NCBI GenBank assembly: GCA_964362905.1
Contig: CAYIHQ010000001.1
Location: 1,163-65,162 of the forward strand
Reading direction: 5' to 3'
Origin: an uncultured Ignavibacteriaceae bacterium
Lineage (GTDB): Bacteria > Bacteroidota > Ignavibacteria > UBA10030
DNA: 64,000 nt
The position numbers and the translations under genes were made by a program. The notes under the pieces are model-generated. The model did no database searches. It was not told the DNA's origin and saw only the letters and a program-made list of their open reading frames with translations. Positions 25,438-34,500 of the stretch are shown piece by piece; position 1 is the stretch's first letter, and every line of letters begins with the position of its first letter.

Positions 25438-25854
25438 CTACGTAGCTCGTGACGTGGGCTCCTGCCGCGGGAACACGAGAGTCACAGCATCCTCGATACT
25501 GAGTGAAACGATGTTGTAGTCTATGTGAATCTGTAGCTCATGCTCCGACGATGCTGTGCGAATCGACGTGACCTTGACACGGGGCTCCCATCGTTTTAGA
25601 TCGTCGATTACATAGCGAGAGGCTAGCTGTCGCAGTAGCGCGTCATTTGGCTCGAATATGAGCTTATAGAGACGGCTTCCAAACTCCGGGGTCATCACAC
25701 GCTCACCCAGCCGTGTGTTGAAGATCATCAAGATCGAAGCCCGAATAATCTCGCGTGTGTAGGAGGTTTGGAAAAACCCTTCCGGTTTCTTGTCGCAGGG
25801 GAGCACCAGGCCCCGAAAGCGCAGGTCCAGCAGGTCGAGAGGTGCCTCAGACAC
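25438..25854 (-). CDS. baseplate wedge protein gpW / T4 gp25-like
   Basis: GERVMTPEFGSRLYKLIFEPND matches the GPW/gp25 signature. GTG start with an AGGAGG 6 nt upstream. Confidence 0.8.
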   Translation of the reverse strand: MSEAPLDLLDLRFRGLVLPCDKKPEGFFQTSYTREIIRASILMIFNTRLGERVMTPEFGSRLYKLIFEPNDALLRQLASRYVIDDLKRWEPRVKVTSIRTASSEHELQIHIDYNIVSLSIEDAVTLVFPRQEPTSRAT

Positions 25855-25990
25855 GTCGGCCTCCTAGAACGCGCTGCCGTGCCCCCGAGCCGAGGGGGCT
25901 ACCCAATGGGTCGGCTCCCAGGCGGGTGCTCCCAACGGCCCGCCTACGCATCGACCTTGACAGGAAGAAAGCCATACCTCGGGTAATCAA

Positions 25991-26425
25991 CTAGGGAGAT
26001 GCCAGGATATGATCCACCGTAGCCACTGTAGCCGCCGTGATCTGAAAGCGAAGGCGGTAGAAGGCAAACAGGGGAGACCACACGAACAGCAGATGTGCCA
26101 CCCCGGAGCTGGTGTTGACCACCCCACCGCGGATTGTGCCCCCCTGGATGCTCGCATGCACCTGTGTCAGGTAGGCGCTTGTGCTCATATTGAGGATCTT
26201 CAAATCCGCGGTCGCCACATCGTTCCATCCGGAGAGTGTGGATCCCGTGGGATCCCCATTGGTCTGCAACGTGATCGCCAGCGGTGGTGTGGTGTACGTG
26301 ACCTTCAGCAACCAAGCAGCAGAGGCCAGGGACGTGCTAGAGAAATCCAACGTGGGCGAGAACTGGTCCGCAGTGCTCGCCCCACCATTGAACGTGAGTG
26401 GACCGCTCGTGAGTAGTCGTCCCAT
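25991..26425 (-). CDS. small beta-sandwich protein, distant fifth member of the paralogue family at 50596-51349 and 55519-56336
   Basis: AAWLLKVTYTTPPLAITLQTNGD...W and FYRLRFQITAAT align by eye with MVLLVNYTKGSEDTIQLSIEGSDNNTDW and RARLKVKASGS of the other members. It sits between the spike and gp25 genes. Confidence 0.5.
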   Translation of the reverse strand: MGRLLTSGPLTFNGGASTADQFSPTLDFSSTSLASAAWLLKVTYTTPPLAITLQTNGDPTGSTLSGWNDVATADLKILNMSTSAYLTQVHASIQGGTIRGGVVNTSSGVAHLLFVWSPLFAFYRLRFQITAATVATVDHILASP

Positions 26426-26429
26426 GAGA

Positions 26430-27911
26430 TCAGGTACCTGTGTCTACACCCCTCGTCGTAATCACCCCAGTTTGTGTAACGGGGATCGCACCTGCAAAGA
26501 GCTTACCAGGCCCATCAATAATATCCCACATATGCTTGTGGCTGAAATAGGTACTGAGCCATGGACCATTGATGGTCAGCACGCTGGAGCCACCGGAGCC
26601 ACTGGCTGGGCCGATGCCTATGGAGCTGGCTGTCAGGCGTATGCCTGTGAACCCGCCAAAGAGTGCAACCACTCCAAGTGAGGGATCCACCTCGATCTTG
26701 TTGCTGAGGGGGCTCGTAGTGTTCTCTCCAATTCGGATGAACCCATCGTTCTCCCCACTAGCACCCGTGGTCACCAGCTTGATGATATTCTTAGGTGTAG
26801 ACTGTGAAGTGTCGTAGAGATAAACAGCCCGGCTTCGCTGGCCGTCTCCGCAGTCCGCAAATACACCATTGGTGTTCCGGCTGCCCGCATAGACGTTCAC
26901 GGAGTCTCGCTGCACTCCACCAGCAATGCGGTAGAAATCTCGAACCTCTACACCCGCCAGATTCCCACTGGGATAGCGCGAATACATTCCAAGATGGCTC
27001 CCCAGGCTCCCCTCTCGCATCTCGAAGAAGTATTCCTCTTCATCCCCCTTCAGCAGCGCACGACGATTACCCTCGTCCAGCAGCAAACGATAGCCCTTCT
27101 CTACTACATCGTCACCCGCCGTAGACAGCTCCACAGTACGTGACGGGTCGTCGAAAACCAGGTAGTGCCCATCCTCGGTCTCAATGCGCACGAAGTCGCT
27201 TACCGAAGATAGCTCCATCCGGTGACCATCTGGAGTATCTATCCGAATGGTCTCTGCGTTGTCATCCAACAGGCATCGTCGAGAATCCTTCGTACCCAGC
27301 TCGATCGAGCCACGGAAATCTGAGGGCTTAGCTTGCTGGGTCACATCCTCAACAATCCGGAGGTAGAATCCATCCGGTGTAGATAGCTGAATCCGCGTGT
27401 ACTTGGTTGTCGCTCCGGAAGCCGTATGAACGTTGTCGTCCAGCTCCAGACGATGCCCATAGGGAGTCGTGAGGGAGTGGTATTTCGTCGGCGACCACCC
27501 CCCGGCATCCCCCGCAGGGTGCAGCCCGTAGGGATTCCCTGGATTGATGGTGGAGACATAGGTATCGGAGTCGCCTCCGGGCGCCCCCCAGACGGTACCC
27601 AACCAGACCGGGTACGTCGGGTGGCCGTCTATGAACTCCACCGCTACCTGTGAGCCAATCGGGGGCACGAAGTAGAACCCAGCGTTCTTCGACCCACCAC
27701 TTGGCCCCACAAAGGGTGCCCATGGAAGGTTATCCGTGGGTAGGTTCTCTACATCGGAATATACTGGAGTCCTGATCTTCAGCCGCCCGAGATTCTTCGG
27801 ATCCCTATTGTCCTCCACTGTCCCATAGTAGACTCCGTAGTAGCGTGATCGTTGGGGGAAAAACTCCTCCGGCGTGCGAATCATCGAGATGATGAGATCA
27901 TCGTCGAGCAT
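26430..27911 (-). CDS. baseplate central spike/hub (P2 gpV / Mu gp45 / VgrG-gp5-like)
   Basis: OB-fold signature GTVEDNRDPKNLGRLKIRTPVY...LPWAPFVGPSGGSKNAGFYFVPPIGSQVAVEFIDGHPTYPVWLG. The C-terminal repeats are beta-helix-like (HRLELDDN, HRMELSSVSDFVRIETEDGHYLVFDD). Confidence 0.8.
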   Translation of the reverse strand: MLDDDLIISMIRTPEEFFPQRSRYYGVYYGTVEDNRDPKNLGRLKIRTPVYSDVENLPTDNLPWAPFVGPSGGSKNAGFYFVPPIGSQVAVEFIDGHPTYPVWLGTVWGAPGGDSDTYVSTINPGNPYGLHPAGDAGGWSPTKYHSLTTPYGHRLELDDNVHTASGATTKYTRIQLSTPDGFYLRIVEDVTQQAKPSDFRGSIELGTKDSRRCLLDDNAETIRIDTPDGHRMELSSVSDFVRIETEDGHYLVFDDPSRTVELSTAGDDVVEKGYRLLLDEGNRRALLKGDEEEYFFEMREGSLGSHLGMYSRYPSGNLAGVEVRDFYRIAGGVQRDSVNVYAGSRNTNGVFADCGDGQRSRAVYLYDTSQSTPKNIIKLVTTGASGENDGFIRIGENTTSPLSNKIEVDPSLGVVALFGGFTGIRLTASSIGIGPASGSGGSSVLTINGPWLSTYFSHKHMWDIIDGPGKLFAGAIPVTQTGVITTRGVDTGT

Positions 27912-27914
27912 CGC

Positions 27915-29276
27915 TCAGCTACCTCCAATCCCCTTGAAGCTGTCCTTGAAACCACTCGTGAGCTGCTTCAAGATGGCTTTCTCGTCCATCTTGGCCTCCT
28001 TTATAGTCTCCCCACTCTTGGTTGGACGCGGCTGGAAATCCCTCTTGACGAGACGACCAATGTTCTCGATGCCCGCCAGACGGTGACCATCGCTGTGGGC
28101 AGTAATCTCGGTCACGAAGTTTCCAGGAGTGATCTTGTGGGTCACTACATCAGATTTCCACTCACCACTCGTGTAGTGGACATCACCCCGATCGGTGATG
28201 ACGATGACGGTGAAGGTATCTCCGACACGAAAGGTTGGATCACCAATGAGGGTAATACGGCACTGCGCGATCTTGCGCGCAGACTCCTCAAACTTTCGTC
28301 GGTTGTACGTCTCGGCCAGAGAGGCATCTTCATAGGGTGCCACGTAGAGACGCCCCGCCGTAGCCCGCTTGAGTCCGGGGGGATCAAAGGCTTCCTTGGC
28401 CAGCGGCACACGTCCACCCGTGCCACTCCCCGTCGTGAGATTTACTTCATGGCCTATAGCCTTCTTCTCCGTTGGGTCCCAGCTAGCTACTCGGAGACGG
28501 TCCCACTTGCCACCAAAAATCTGATTCTGATTGATGACCGCTTCGTAGGACAGGACCGGACCAGATTGATCCCGAAAGAAATAGAACGTGCGATAGGGCG
28601 CATAATCTGGCGTCCCGAAGTAGAGGCGTCCACCATTCAACCGCGCCTCGAAGTCCACACGTCCAGTCTTTGACTTCGCAAAGAGAGACAAGCGTTCGAT
28701 AAACGCCATGTTCGTCTCATTGTGTTGCCCCCATACGGACTTACCATCCGTTTCCTCGATGTCGGCAGGCACCCCCATCTCCGTCGCTATGTGCCTGACA
28801 ATATCGGAGATCCGCGAGGGTTTTATCTGCTTAGCGTTCTGTGGCGCGTGGGATACAGATGAGGGACGCCCATCGTCAAAGAAACGAGTCCATATCCCAG
28901 GAGTTCGCTTTTCGACGACTTCCATCGCCGTGATCTCCAAGCGCGCCCCCTCCATGGAAAACGATGGCTTGTAGACGTTGATGATCCCAGGAATAACCCC
29001 TGTCCAGTCGCCCCCGACCCAGCCGTAGGCCCAGCGAATGCGATGCCGGCTGGGGATCAGAAGGTTCTCCAGCGTATCCCAGGATCGGTCATAGAACGTA
29101 AACTTCGTGAGCCGTGGGGATCCCGTGGCAAACACTCGATCCTCCAGAGATTCGAGGTAGTGCGGAATCACATTGATGGTCTTTCCGCTCTCCAGTACCA
29201 GGTTCACAAACGGTGTCCCCGGAGCCAGCTCGTAGCGGATCCGGTTCACTCGGGGTACAGCTAGTGGATTAGGCAT
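27915..29276 (-). CDS. baseplate hub protein (P2 gpD / Mu gp44-like, late control D family)
   Basis: Size and position, between the LysM-like protein and the spike, match gpD/gp44. The start could be the ATG at 29276 (8-nt overlap) or at 29291 (23-nt overlap). Confidence 0.55.
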   Translation of the reverse strand: MPNPLAVPRVNRIRYELAPGTPFVNLVLESGKTINVIPHYLESLEDRVFATGSPRLTKFTFYDRSWDTLENLLIPSRHRIRWAYGWVGGDWTGVIPGIINVYKPSFSMEGARLEITAMEVVEKRTPGIWTRFFDDGRPSSVSHAPQNAKQIKPSRISDIVRHIATEMGVPADIEETDGKSVWGQHNETNMAFIERLSLFAKSKTGRVDFEARLNGGRLYFGTPDYAPYRTFYFFRDQSGPVLSYEAVINQNQIFGGKWDRLRVASWDPTEKKAIGHEVNLTTGSGTGGRVPLAKEAFDPPGLKRATAGRLYVAPYEDASLAETYNRRKFEESARKIAQCRITLIGDPTFRVGDTFTVIVITDRGDVHYTSGEWKSDVVTHKITPGNFVTEITAHSDGHRLAGIENIGRLVKRDFQPRPTKSGETIKEAKMDEKAILKQLTSGFKDSFKGIGGS

Positions 29277-29643
29277 CGTCCACCACAGCACCCTTTCTGA
29301 GCCCCTGATTCAGGAGCGTAGAGAATACCACTTCTCGACTAGGAATCCGAAGCAGTTGACCTATGGACATATCGGTCAAGGGATCTACGATGTCATTCAC
29401 GTAGGCGATTACCCACCACAGATTTACGTTCTCGTAATACTGATAGGCAAGAAGATCAAGGCGACCGAGATCGGTTATTCTTACACGATAGGTTGCGTCG
29501 ATGTCCGAGGGTGGGAAGTCAATGGGATTCCAGATACCCCACACAAACGTGTTTGTTGGGGCTCCTGTAGAGATGTCTGCTACTTGGTACAGATCAGTTT
29601 TGCCGTAGGGCGAATCGAACGGGAGTACAACCCTTCGGCTCAT
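29269..29643 (-). CDS. LysM-like / tail protein X-like baseplate protein
   Basis: YRVRITDLGRLDLLAYQYYENVNLWWVIAYVNDIVDPLTDMSIGQLLRIP fits the LysM/gpX pattern (Y.V..GD.ld.iA...Y......I...N......L..G..L.IP). Confidence 0.55.
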   Translation of the reverse strand: MSRRVVLPFDSPYGKTDLYQVADISTGAPTNTFVWGIWNPIDFPPSDIDATYRVRITDLGRLDLLAYQYYENVNLWWVIAYVNDIVDPLTDMSIGQLLRIPSREVVFSTLLNQGLRKGAVVDDA

Positions 29644-30212
29644 CGCTGCGTCCTGATGAAGACTGAATCGAGTGGCGCCTCATTCACTTCATCGAGATTG
29701 AGGTTCACTGTAGCCACCATAGGCAGATCCACGATCGGGGGTGTCCCATCGGGCACACTGCGATAGGGCTGCCCCGGGGAAGAGACCGTGGTGGTAGTCT
29801 GATACACAAACCATGGACCTTTCCACTCAACAGAGACATCACGGACGACGCAGCGACTGCTGAGCAGATTGGCTACCACCAGGATCACCACAGGTGGCGT
29901 GGTCACCAAGCGAGAGTTGCGGGTGACTACCGGATAGGCCAGGCTTTGCAGCCAGCTCACGGAGTTCACGACCTCTTCGGGTTCCCCGTAGTCTCCTTGA
30001 TCCACGCTTGCACAAAACGTCAGAGAGAAGCTAAACGAGCGTGGGCCACACCCAGCATAGACCTTTATTGGCTCGCTCCGACCTGCGATGGGAATATCAC
30101 TCCAGCTTACACTCTTGGTGTCAGTAATCGACTCCGGCATGAGCTGGAAGGTTACACGCTCCTGCGGATCCTCCTCCAGGACAATCGCTGCGTTACGGAT
30201 CTTGTTGACCAT
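29640..30212 (-). CDS. tube-like protein (tube initiator / gp19-fold baseplate tube protein)
   Basis: VTFQLMPESITDTKSVSWSDIPIAGRSEPIKVYAGCGPRSFSFSLTF resembles the N-terminal signature of contractile-system tube proteins. It is located right after the tape measure. Confidence 0.45.
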   Translation of the reverse strand: MVNKIRNAAIVLEEDPQERVTFQLMPESITDTKSVSWSDIPIAGRSEPIKVYAGCGPRSFSFSLTFCASVDQGDYGEPEEVVNSVSWLQSLAYPVVTRNSRLVTTPPVVILVVANLLSSRCVVRDVSVEWKGPWFVYQTTTTVSSPGQPYRSVPDGTPPIVDLPMVATVNLNLDEVNEAPLDSVFIRTQR

Positions 30213-32404
30213 CAGAGACCACGCATCGATTGCATATTGAAATTGGTAGCCCCTGCGAGAGCTGGAGCAGGGGTAGCCGCAGGATCCTGCGCTAGCTGCT
30301 CGGCCAGGAAGTAGGCCGCACCCCAGATAGCTTCCGTGATGTCGTCAACACCGATCAGATGTCGCATGAGGGAGGGATCGGCAATGAACTCCGGCTGACC
30401 CCCCTCTCCCACAGTCACCTGGGAACCCCCTGGCTGCGGCATCACCAGGCCACCGTGAGCGAATCCACGATCTTCCCGAGTCGGTCCCCCCTTCAGCTCC
30501 CCTTCATAATCTCGCCCCTGCATCAGCGAGTGGGGAGAGACGGGAGTGGCAGGCTCCCCCCCGCCCATACCTGGGATCCATCCGATGAGATCATTCACCA
30601 CGCTGCCAACAAGGGACTTGAACAGCCCCACCAGAGCGCTCCCCAAAGACGTTACTTTCTCGATAACCCAATCGACCGCAGCACCGATCATGCTCGACAT
30701 GATCTCAGAGATTTTGCTCGCAAGCCAGCGACCAAAGGCAACCCCGGCCTTCACGTAGGTCATGGGATTGAAGATGGTAGCTGCCAGATTGGCAAACGAG
30801 AGCATCATATCCCACATCCAAGACGCCAGATTCTTTACACCACTCCACACCCAGGAGAAGAAAGAGGAAACAGAGCCCGCAATCTCATCCCAGTAAGTAG
30901 CGATCAGAGCCACTACAACTGCAATGGCCAGAACAGTGAGAACAACGGGTGAAAACACCGCTGCGAGCAGCCCTGCAAGAGTTGCAACTATTACAACTAA
31001 CCCCGTCAAGACCGCGCCGATGCTAGAGATCGCCACGGCTATCGCAGAGACCACCACAAGAACCTGGAGAAACATGCGGCCGATATCAGTCTGCACAAAC
31101 GCCGCTAGCACGTTCACGATGGGCTCCACTACATTGAGTAGCTGGTGGCCAACCCAAACCAACATCGTACCAATGGGTTCCAGAATCACCTTGATCTTCT
31201 CCCATATCATCAGAAGGCGATCGGTGATCGTACGTGTATCCTTGTGCCGATCCGCAATGTACTTCGCGGAGTCCCCAACCTTTTCGTACGCCGAGATCAT
31301 CGCACCAAAGCGGCTCTCGTCAACACGCTGTAGCTTCTCCAAGGTAGCGATATCGAAGGGCATCACGCCACCCATAGCGCTTTCGATGGACTTGAATGCG
31401 TCTGTATCGAGATTTCGTAGCCCCTTCGTAAACTCAGCGTAGGCACCCATCACGTCCCCCTTCTCCAACGCTGCCTTATACGCCTCCGCGGCCCCCTCGC
31501 CACCATAGGACATGATGTAGCTTATTTGCGCCATCGCCTCGCTGCTGTCATCCACCATCCCCTGAAAAACCAACTGAGCGATCTGGGCGCCGTCCTCGTA
31601 GCTCTCGGCCAGCGCCCCATGGAGCTGGATCATGCCCGCCACGGCCTCCTTCTGCACATCCTTGTTGAACCGAATGAGCACGGAGTCGAGGCCGCCCATC
31701 TGAGACATCAGCTCTTGCAGCGACGTGTAGCTCTCTTTGGCTACCCTGTCAGCCCCGGCCAGCATATCAAGGATTTCCTTGTTGTTCATGCCATAGAGCT
31801 TCCGGTACTTCAACACTAGCTCAGAAATCTCCATCTCGCTGGTGTCAGCGATGTCCGCCACACGAATGATTGCGGAGCCCAGTGCAGCAAACTCCTCTAC
31901 CGGGAGATTCCCACGCTTTGCCATGATGCGCGCAACGGCCCCTACCCTGGAGATCGAGGCCCCTACATCAGAGGACACCTGATTGATGGCCCCCCGCATG
32001 TACTCGAACTCCGAGGCTGTGTAGGTCGCCTCCTTCTGTACCCCCTTCAACGAGCCCTCCATCTCCATCCCGGCCTTCAGGGCCACACCGGCGGCGGCCG
32101 CAATGGCAGTGGAGGGCCGGGTGAGCAACCGCATGATCGACGCTACGCGCGTCCCAAAGGTATCCTCTACCTTGTCTATGAAGTGCTCCAGACTAAAAGC
32201 ACCTTTCTTGTAGGAGTCTATGGCCTCAAGAACCTTGGCCTTGAGCACAGACATATTCAGGCTGAGAACCTTGGTCCACTTCCCAAACCCCTTGACGCTG
32301 CGTTCCCAGAGCTTGTCCAGCTTGAGCACGTCCTTGAAGACCCGCTCAAGGCCCTTGCTCGCCTTGTTCTTGAACTCCAACAGAAATCCAATGGCCTTCA
32401 GCAT
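30212..32404 (-). CDS. tail tape measure protein
   Basis: 730 aa, helix-rich, with a long hydrophobic central block (VVVSAIAVAISSIGAVLTGLVVIVATLAGLLAAVF...). It lies immediately downstream of the frameshifted chaperone pair and upstream of the baseplate genes. Confidence 0.8.
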   Translation of the reverse strand: MLKAIGFLLEFKNKASKGLERVFKDVLKLDKLWERSVKGFGKWTKVLSLNMSVLKAKVLEAIDSYKKGAFSLEHFIDKVEDTFGTRVASIMRLLTRPSTAIAAAAGVALKAGMEMEGSLKGVQKEATYTASEFEYMRGAINQVSSDVGASISRVGAVARIMAKRGNLPVEEFAALGSAIIRVADIADTSEMEISELVLKYRKLYGMNNKEILDMLAGADRVAKESYTSLQELMSQMGGLDSVLIRFNKDVQKEAVAGMIQLHGALAESYEDGAQIAQLVFQGMVDDSSEAMAQISYIMSYGGEGAAEAYKAALEKGDVMGAYAEFTKGLRNLDTDAFKSIESAMGGVMPFDIATLEKLQRVDESRFGAMISAYEKVGDSAKYIADRHKDTRTITDRLLMIWEKIKVILEPIGTMLVWVGHQLLNVVEPIVNVLAAFVQTDIGRMFLQVLVVVSAIAVAISSIGAVLTGLVVIVATLAGLLAAVFSPVVLTVLAIAVVVALIATYWDEIAGSVSSFFSWVWSGVKNLASWMWDMMLSFANLAATIFNPMTYVKAGVAFGRWLASKISEIMSSMIGAAVDWVIEKVTSLGSALVGLFKSLVGSVVNDLIGWIPGMGGGEPATPVSPHSLMQGRDYEGELKGGPTREDRGFAHGGLVMPQPGGSQVTVGEGGQPEFIADPSLMRHLIGVDDITEAIWGAAYFLAEQLAQDPAATPAPALAGATNFNMQSMRGL

Positions 32405-32668
32405 CTAACGCCGCCTCGGCGGGGGTCTCCGGGGTGTGGAGGTGCTGCGCGAAGCTGACTTGGTACGCATCTCCTGCATGCGCTTGTCATTCTCCGCCTT
32501 CTCCGCTTTCTTCTCCTGGACCAATCGAGCATGATGCCAGTCACGCTCACCAATCGACATGCTTTGGATGCTGGCCCAATCACCGAACTTTCCGTGGTAA
32601 AGGAGATCGAACTCCTTCTCTAGCGCAGTACGTAGTGCTTCAGCCGGTATTTCTTGGTCGAAAAAACT
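32405..32668 (-). CDS. frameshift extension of the tail assembly chaperone (GT-like C-terminal part)
   Basis: The alternative frame is open from 32788 to 32405 and overlaps the last codons of the chaperone. It ends 1 nt before the tape measure ATG. It encodes ...FFDQEIPAEALRTALEKEF... Confidence 0.45.
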   Translation of the reverse strand, partial: SFFDQEIPAEALRTALEKEFDLLYHGKFGDWASIQSMSIGERDWHHARLVQEKKAEKAENDKRMQEMRTKSASRSTSTPRRPPPRRR

Positions 32669-33416
32669 CGTCGCTCGCCGGGAACGCAATCGAACTGACG
32701 TAGCCGCAGCCCTGACAAGTGATCTCCAGCTCCGGATCGAAACCGGGGCTGGCCGCGTCGATCGCATTGGAGAGCGCCATACGATCACGAGTGACCAGGC
32801 TCTCCACCAGCTTCAACGCCGGGATCTCCCTCGCCTCCTCACGACCCTCCGGGGTCGTGATGGCCACGAGATGGCGCGCCAGGAGCAGGCTGTACGAGGA
32901 GTTGCTGGGCTCCCCCACCAACCGCTGGTGCTGCCGAGACACCTGCTTGGCGATCGCACGCTCGTCCTTCCCCCGCAGCAGCCGGCAATCCAAGGTGTAG
33001 CCCCTGACCGGGAGGAGCACCTCGAAGGGCTCACGCCAGTCATCGGCGAGCACCTTCAGCTCCATGTCACGCTCCAGGTCCATCTCGTGACGGAACTGCG
33101 TGCCACACTCAGAGCACTTCACCTGGAAGCCATAGCGATTCCCGATGGACAATGAGCGGAGCTTCAGGAGCAGAAAGAAGCGATCCCCCAGAACCAGATC
33201 ATCCGGAGTGACACCCCCCAAATCGCAGGTACGATGGAGGAGCACATTGGTCTTGTCCTCCGCGGTGGCTCCCTTGTTTGCAAGCATCTTCTCCTCCGCC
33301 ACCGTGATGGCCGAGATGGAGACTCTGCCATCTGGAACCTTTCCCTCATAGGGCAGGCCCCGAGAGGGGAGAGCAATCGGAGTGACCTGGCTACGCTCTT
33401 TCAGCTTCTCGCTCAT
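32640..33416 (-). CDS. tail assembly chaperone (G-like), contains two Cys pairs
   Basis: The track ORF was trimmed to the ATG at 33416 (MSEKLKERSQ...), with an AAGGTGA 5 nt upstream. It lies between the tube and tape measure genes. Cys pairs: CSECG and CQGCG. Confidence 0.55.
   Translation of the reverse strand: MSEKLKERSQVTPIALPSRGLPYEGKVPDGRVSISAITVAEEKMLANKGATAEDKTNVLLHRTCDLGGVTPDDLVLGDRFFLLLKLRSLSIGNRYGFQVKCSECGTQFRHEMDLERDMELKVLADDWREPFEVLLPVRGYTLDCRLLRGKDERAIAKQVSRQHQRLVGEPSNSSYSLLLARHLVAITTPEGREEAREIPALKLVESLVTRDRMALSNAIDAASPGFDPELEITCQGCGYVSSIAFPASDEFFRPRNTG
32658..32666 (-). promoter_or_regulatory. candidate programmed frameshift site TTT-TTT-CGA
   Basis: The zero frame reads GAG TTT TTT CGA. 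The extension frame reads AGT TTT TTC GAC. That is +1 (or -2) relative to the zero frame. The zero frame stops 6 codons later, at 32640. Confidence 0.4.
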
Positions 33417-33442
33417 TCTATCACCTTGCCGTCTACGGAGGC

Positions 33443-33467
33443 AGCCATGGGGCTCAGCGCCATGGCT
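33443..33467 (-). promoter_or_regulatory. 8-bp perfect hairpin (AGCCATGG / CCATGGCT) in the gap upstream of the chaperone gene
   Basis: Read directly from the sequence. The loop is 9 nt and there is no T-tract. Confidence 0.3.
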
Positions 33468-33485
33468 AACCAAAACTCAAACCAG

Positions 33486-33950
33486 CTAGCGCCTTCTCTG
33501 CTTGAATCGCTTGATCCAGTTGCCCGCCGCAGCAGAGGCCGCTGTTTTCAGCTTCGCTCTGGGGAAGTCGTGCAGACCGAGATGCCGAGTCCGAGCAAAT
33601 CGGTCTGCTCGTAGCACCTTCACCGCGGCCCGTCGATTCCCTAGAGGACGCTTATGGGAACGTGTCTTGGGGTCGCGTGCATTCCAATCGTTTCGGTCTA
33701 CAGACAGGTCTTTACCTGTATGCTTCTGCGCGATCGCCCGCGCACGCCTGGCCTTCCCATAGTGCTTGCCAACCTGCTTCTGATCTACCTCTCGGGCTGG
33801 GTCCGTCCAAGGGCGAGTCCGGTCCATGGCAATTGCGTGCGCGCTCGCCTTGCGTCCGGCCATTCGTTTCTGGTGCGCAAACTGGAGAAGCTTCTTCAGC
33901 CTGAGCTTCCGCTCCTCCGGATCCACAGCCTCTAGCACGAGAAAACGCAT
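33486..33950 (-). CDS. Arg/Lys-rich protein, MRFLVLEAVDPEERKLRLKKL family, copy 1 (154 aa)
   Basis: The start is set to the ATG at 33950 (MRFLVLEAV...), 1 nt after the tail tube stop. The first 25 aa are identical to the 50127-50591 product, and the rest is clearly homologous. Confidence 0.65.
   Translation of the reverse strand: MRFLVLEAVDPEERKLRLKKLLQFAHQKRMAGRKASAHAIAMDRTRPWTDPAREVDQKQVGKHYGKARRARAIAQKHTGKDLSVDRNDWNARDPKTRSHKRPLGNRRAAVKVLRADRFARTRHLGLHDFPRAKLKTAASAAAGNWIKRFKQRRR
33890..33950. repeat. 61-nt segment, 60/61 identical to 50531-50591 (5' ends of two paralogous genes)
   Basis: Direct comparison: gcttcttcagcctgagcttccgctcctccggatccac[a/c]gcctctagcacgagaaaacgcat. Confidence 0.9.
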
Positions 33951-33951
33951 A

Positions 33952-34494
33952 TCAGAAGCCAAGGGCTCGTGCCCGATCGTAGCGAAGCACGGTCTCGATG
34001 AGAACCTTGTCCGAGCTGTTCATGTCGAGCTGCCCGTAGTTCACGCTGACGGGCCAGCAGCCGAGCAGGCTCCACGTACGTTGCAGCTCCCCGTCCGGCC
34101 CAAAGAGCACCAGATCCGCGACCTTCTTGTAGTTCTTCGCCAGCCCGATCTTGTGGGTCTCCGGGTTGTACACCTGCTCGTGCCAATCCTTGATCGCACT
34201 CGCCACCCCCACATCCACCATGTCCTTCACAACGAGGGGAATGGTATCATAGATCGCACGTCCCGCAACCCAACGGGTTGTGTTGAGGAAGTTGAGCGGG
34301 ATCTCTTCCACGGCCACCGAGGGGAGAGCTGCGGCCTCCAGAGCAAGCCGAATGTTGTTCTCTCCCGCGACACCCGCGATCGAGATAAGCCAGTTGGACT
34401 GACGCTGGGGCTCGAACTTCGATGCCGCACCCCCGGGAGCCAGGTGGTCGCCGATGACCCCCAGCGGAAAGCCTTGAGTAGAAATACCGGGCAT
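33952..34494 (-). CDS. tail tube protein (T4 gp19-fold)
   Basis: 180 aa, immediately downstream of the sheath gene. The sequence style is that of contractile tail tube proteins. Confidence 0.7.
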   Translation of the reverse strand: MPGISTQGFPLGVIGDHLAPGGAASKFEPQRQSNWLISIAGVAGENNIRLALEAAALPSVAVEEIPLNFLNTTRWVAGRAIYDTIPLVVKDMVDVGVASAIKDWHEQVYNPETHKIGLAKNYKKVADLVLFGPDGELQRTWSLLGCWPVSVNYGQLDMNSSDKVLIETVLRYDRARALGF

Positions 34495-34500
34495 GATGGA

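Noticed and set aside
25855-25990. A 42-codon ORF (ATG at 25975) and a GAGCCGA/TCGGCTC hairpin in the gap upstream of the gp25-like gene
   Set aside because: The ORF product is Arg/Gly-rich and low-complexity, with a poorly spaced ribosome-binding site. The 7-bp hairpin has a 17-nt loop and no T-tract. Neither is strong enough to annotate.
33486-33950. Identifying the Arg-rich family with ribosomal protein bS21, which phages are known to encode
   Set aside because: Only a superficial resemblance exists between the heads (EPFDVALRRFKR versus DPEERKLRLKKL) and in overall basicity. The proteins are twice as long, and I cannot align the remainder. It is left as something a profile search could test.
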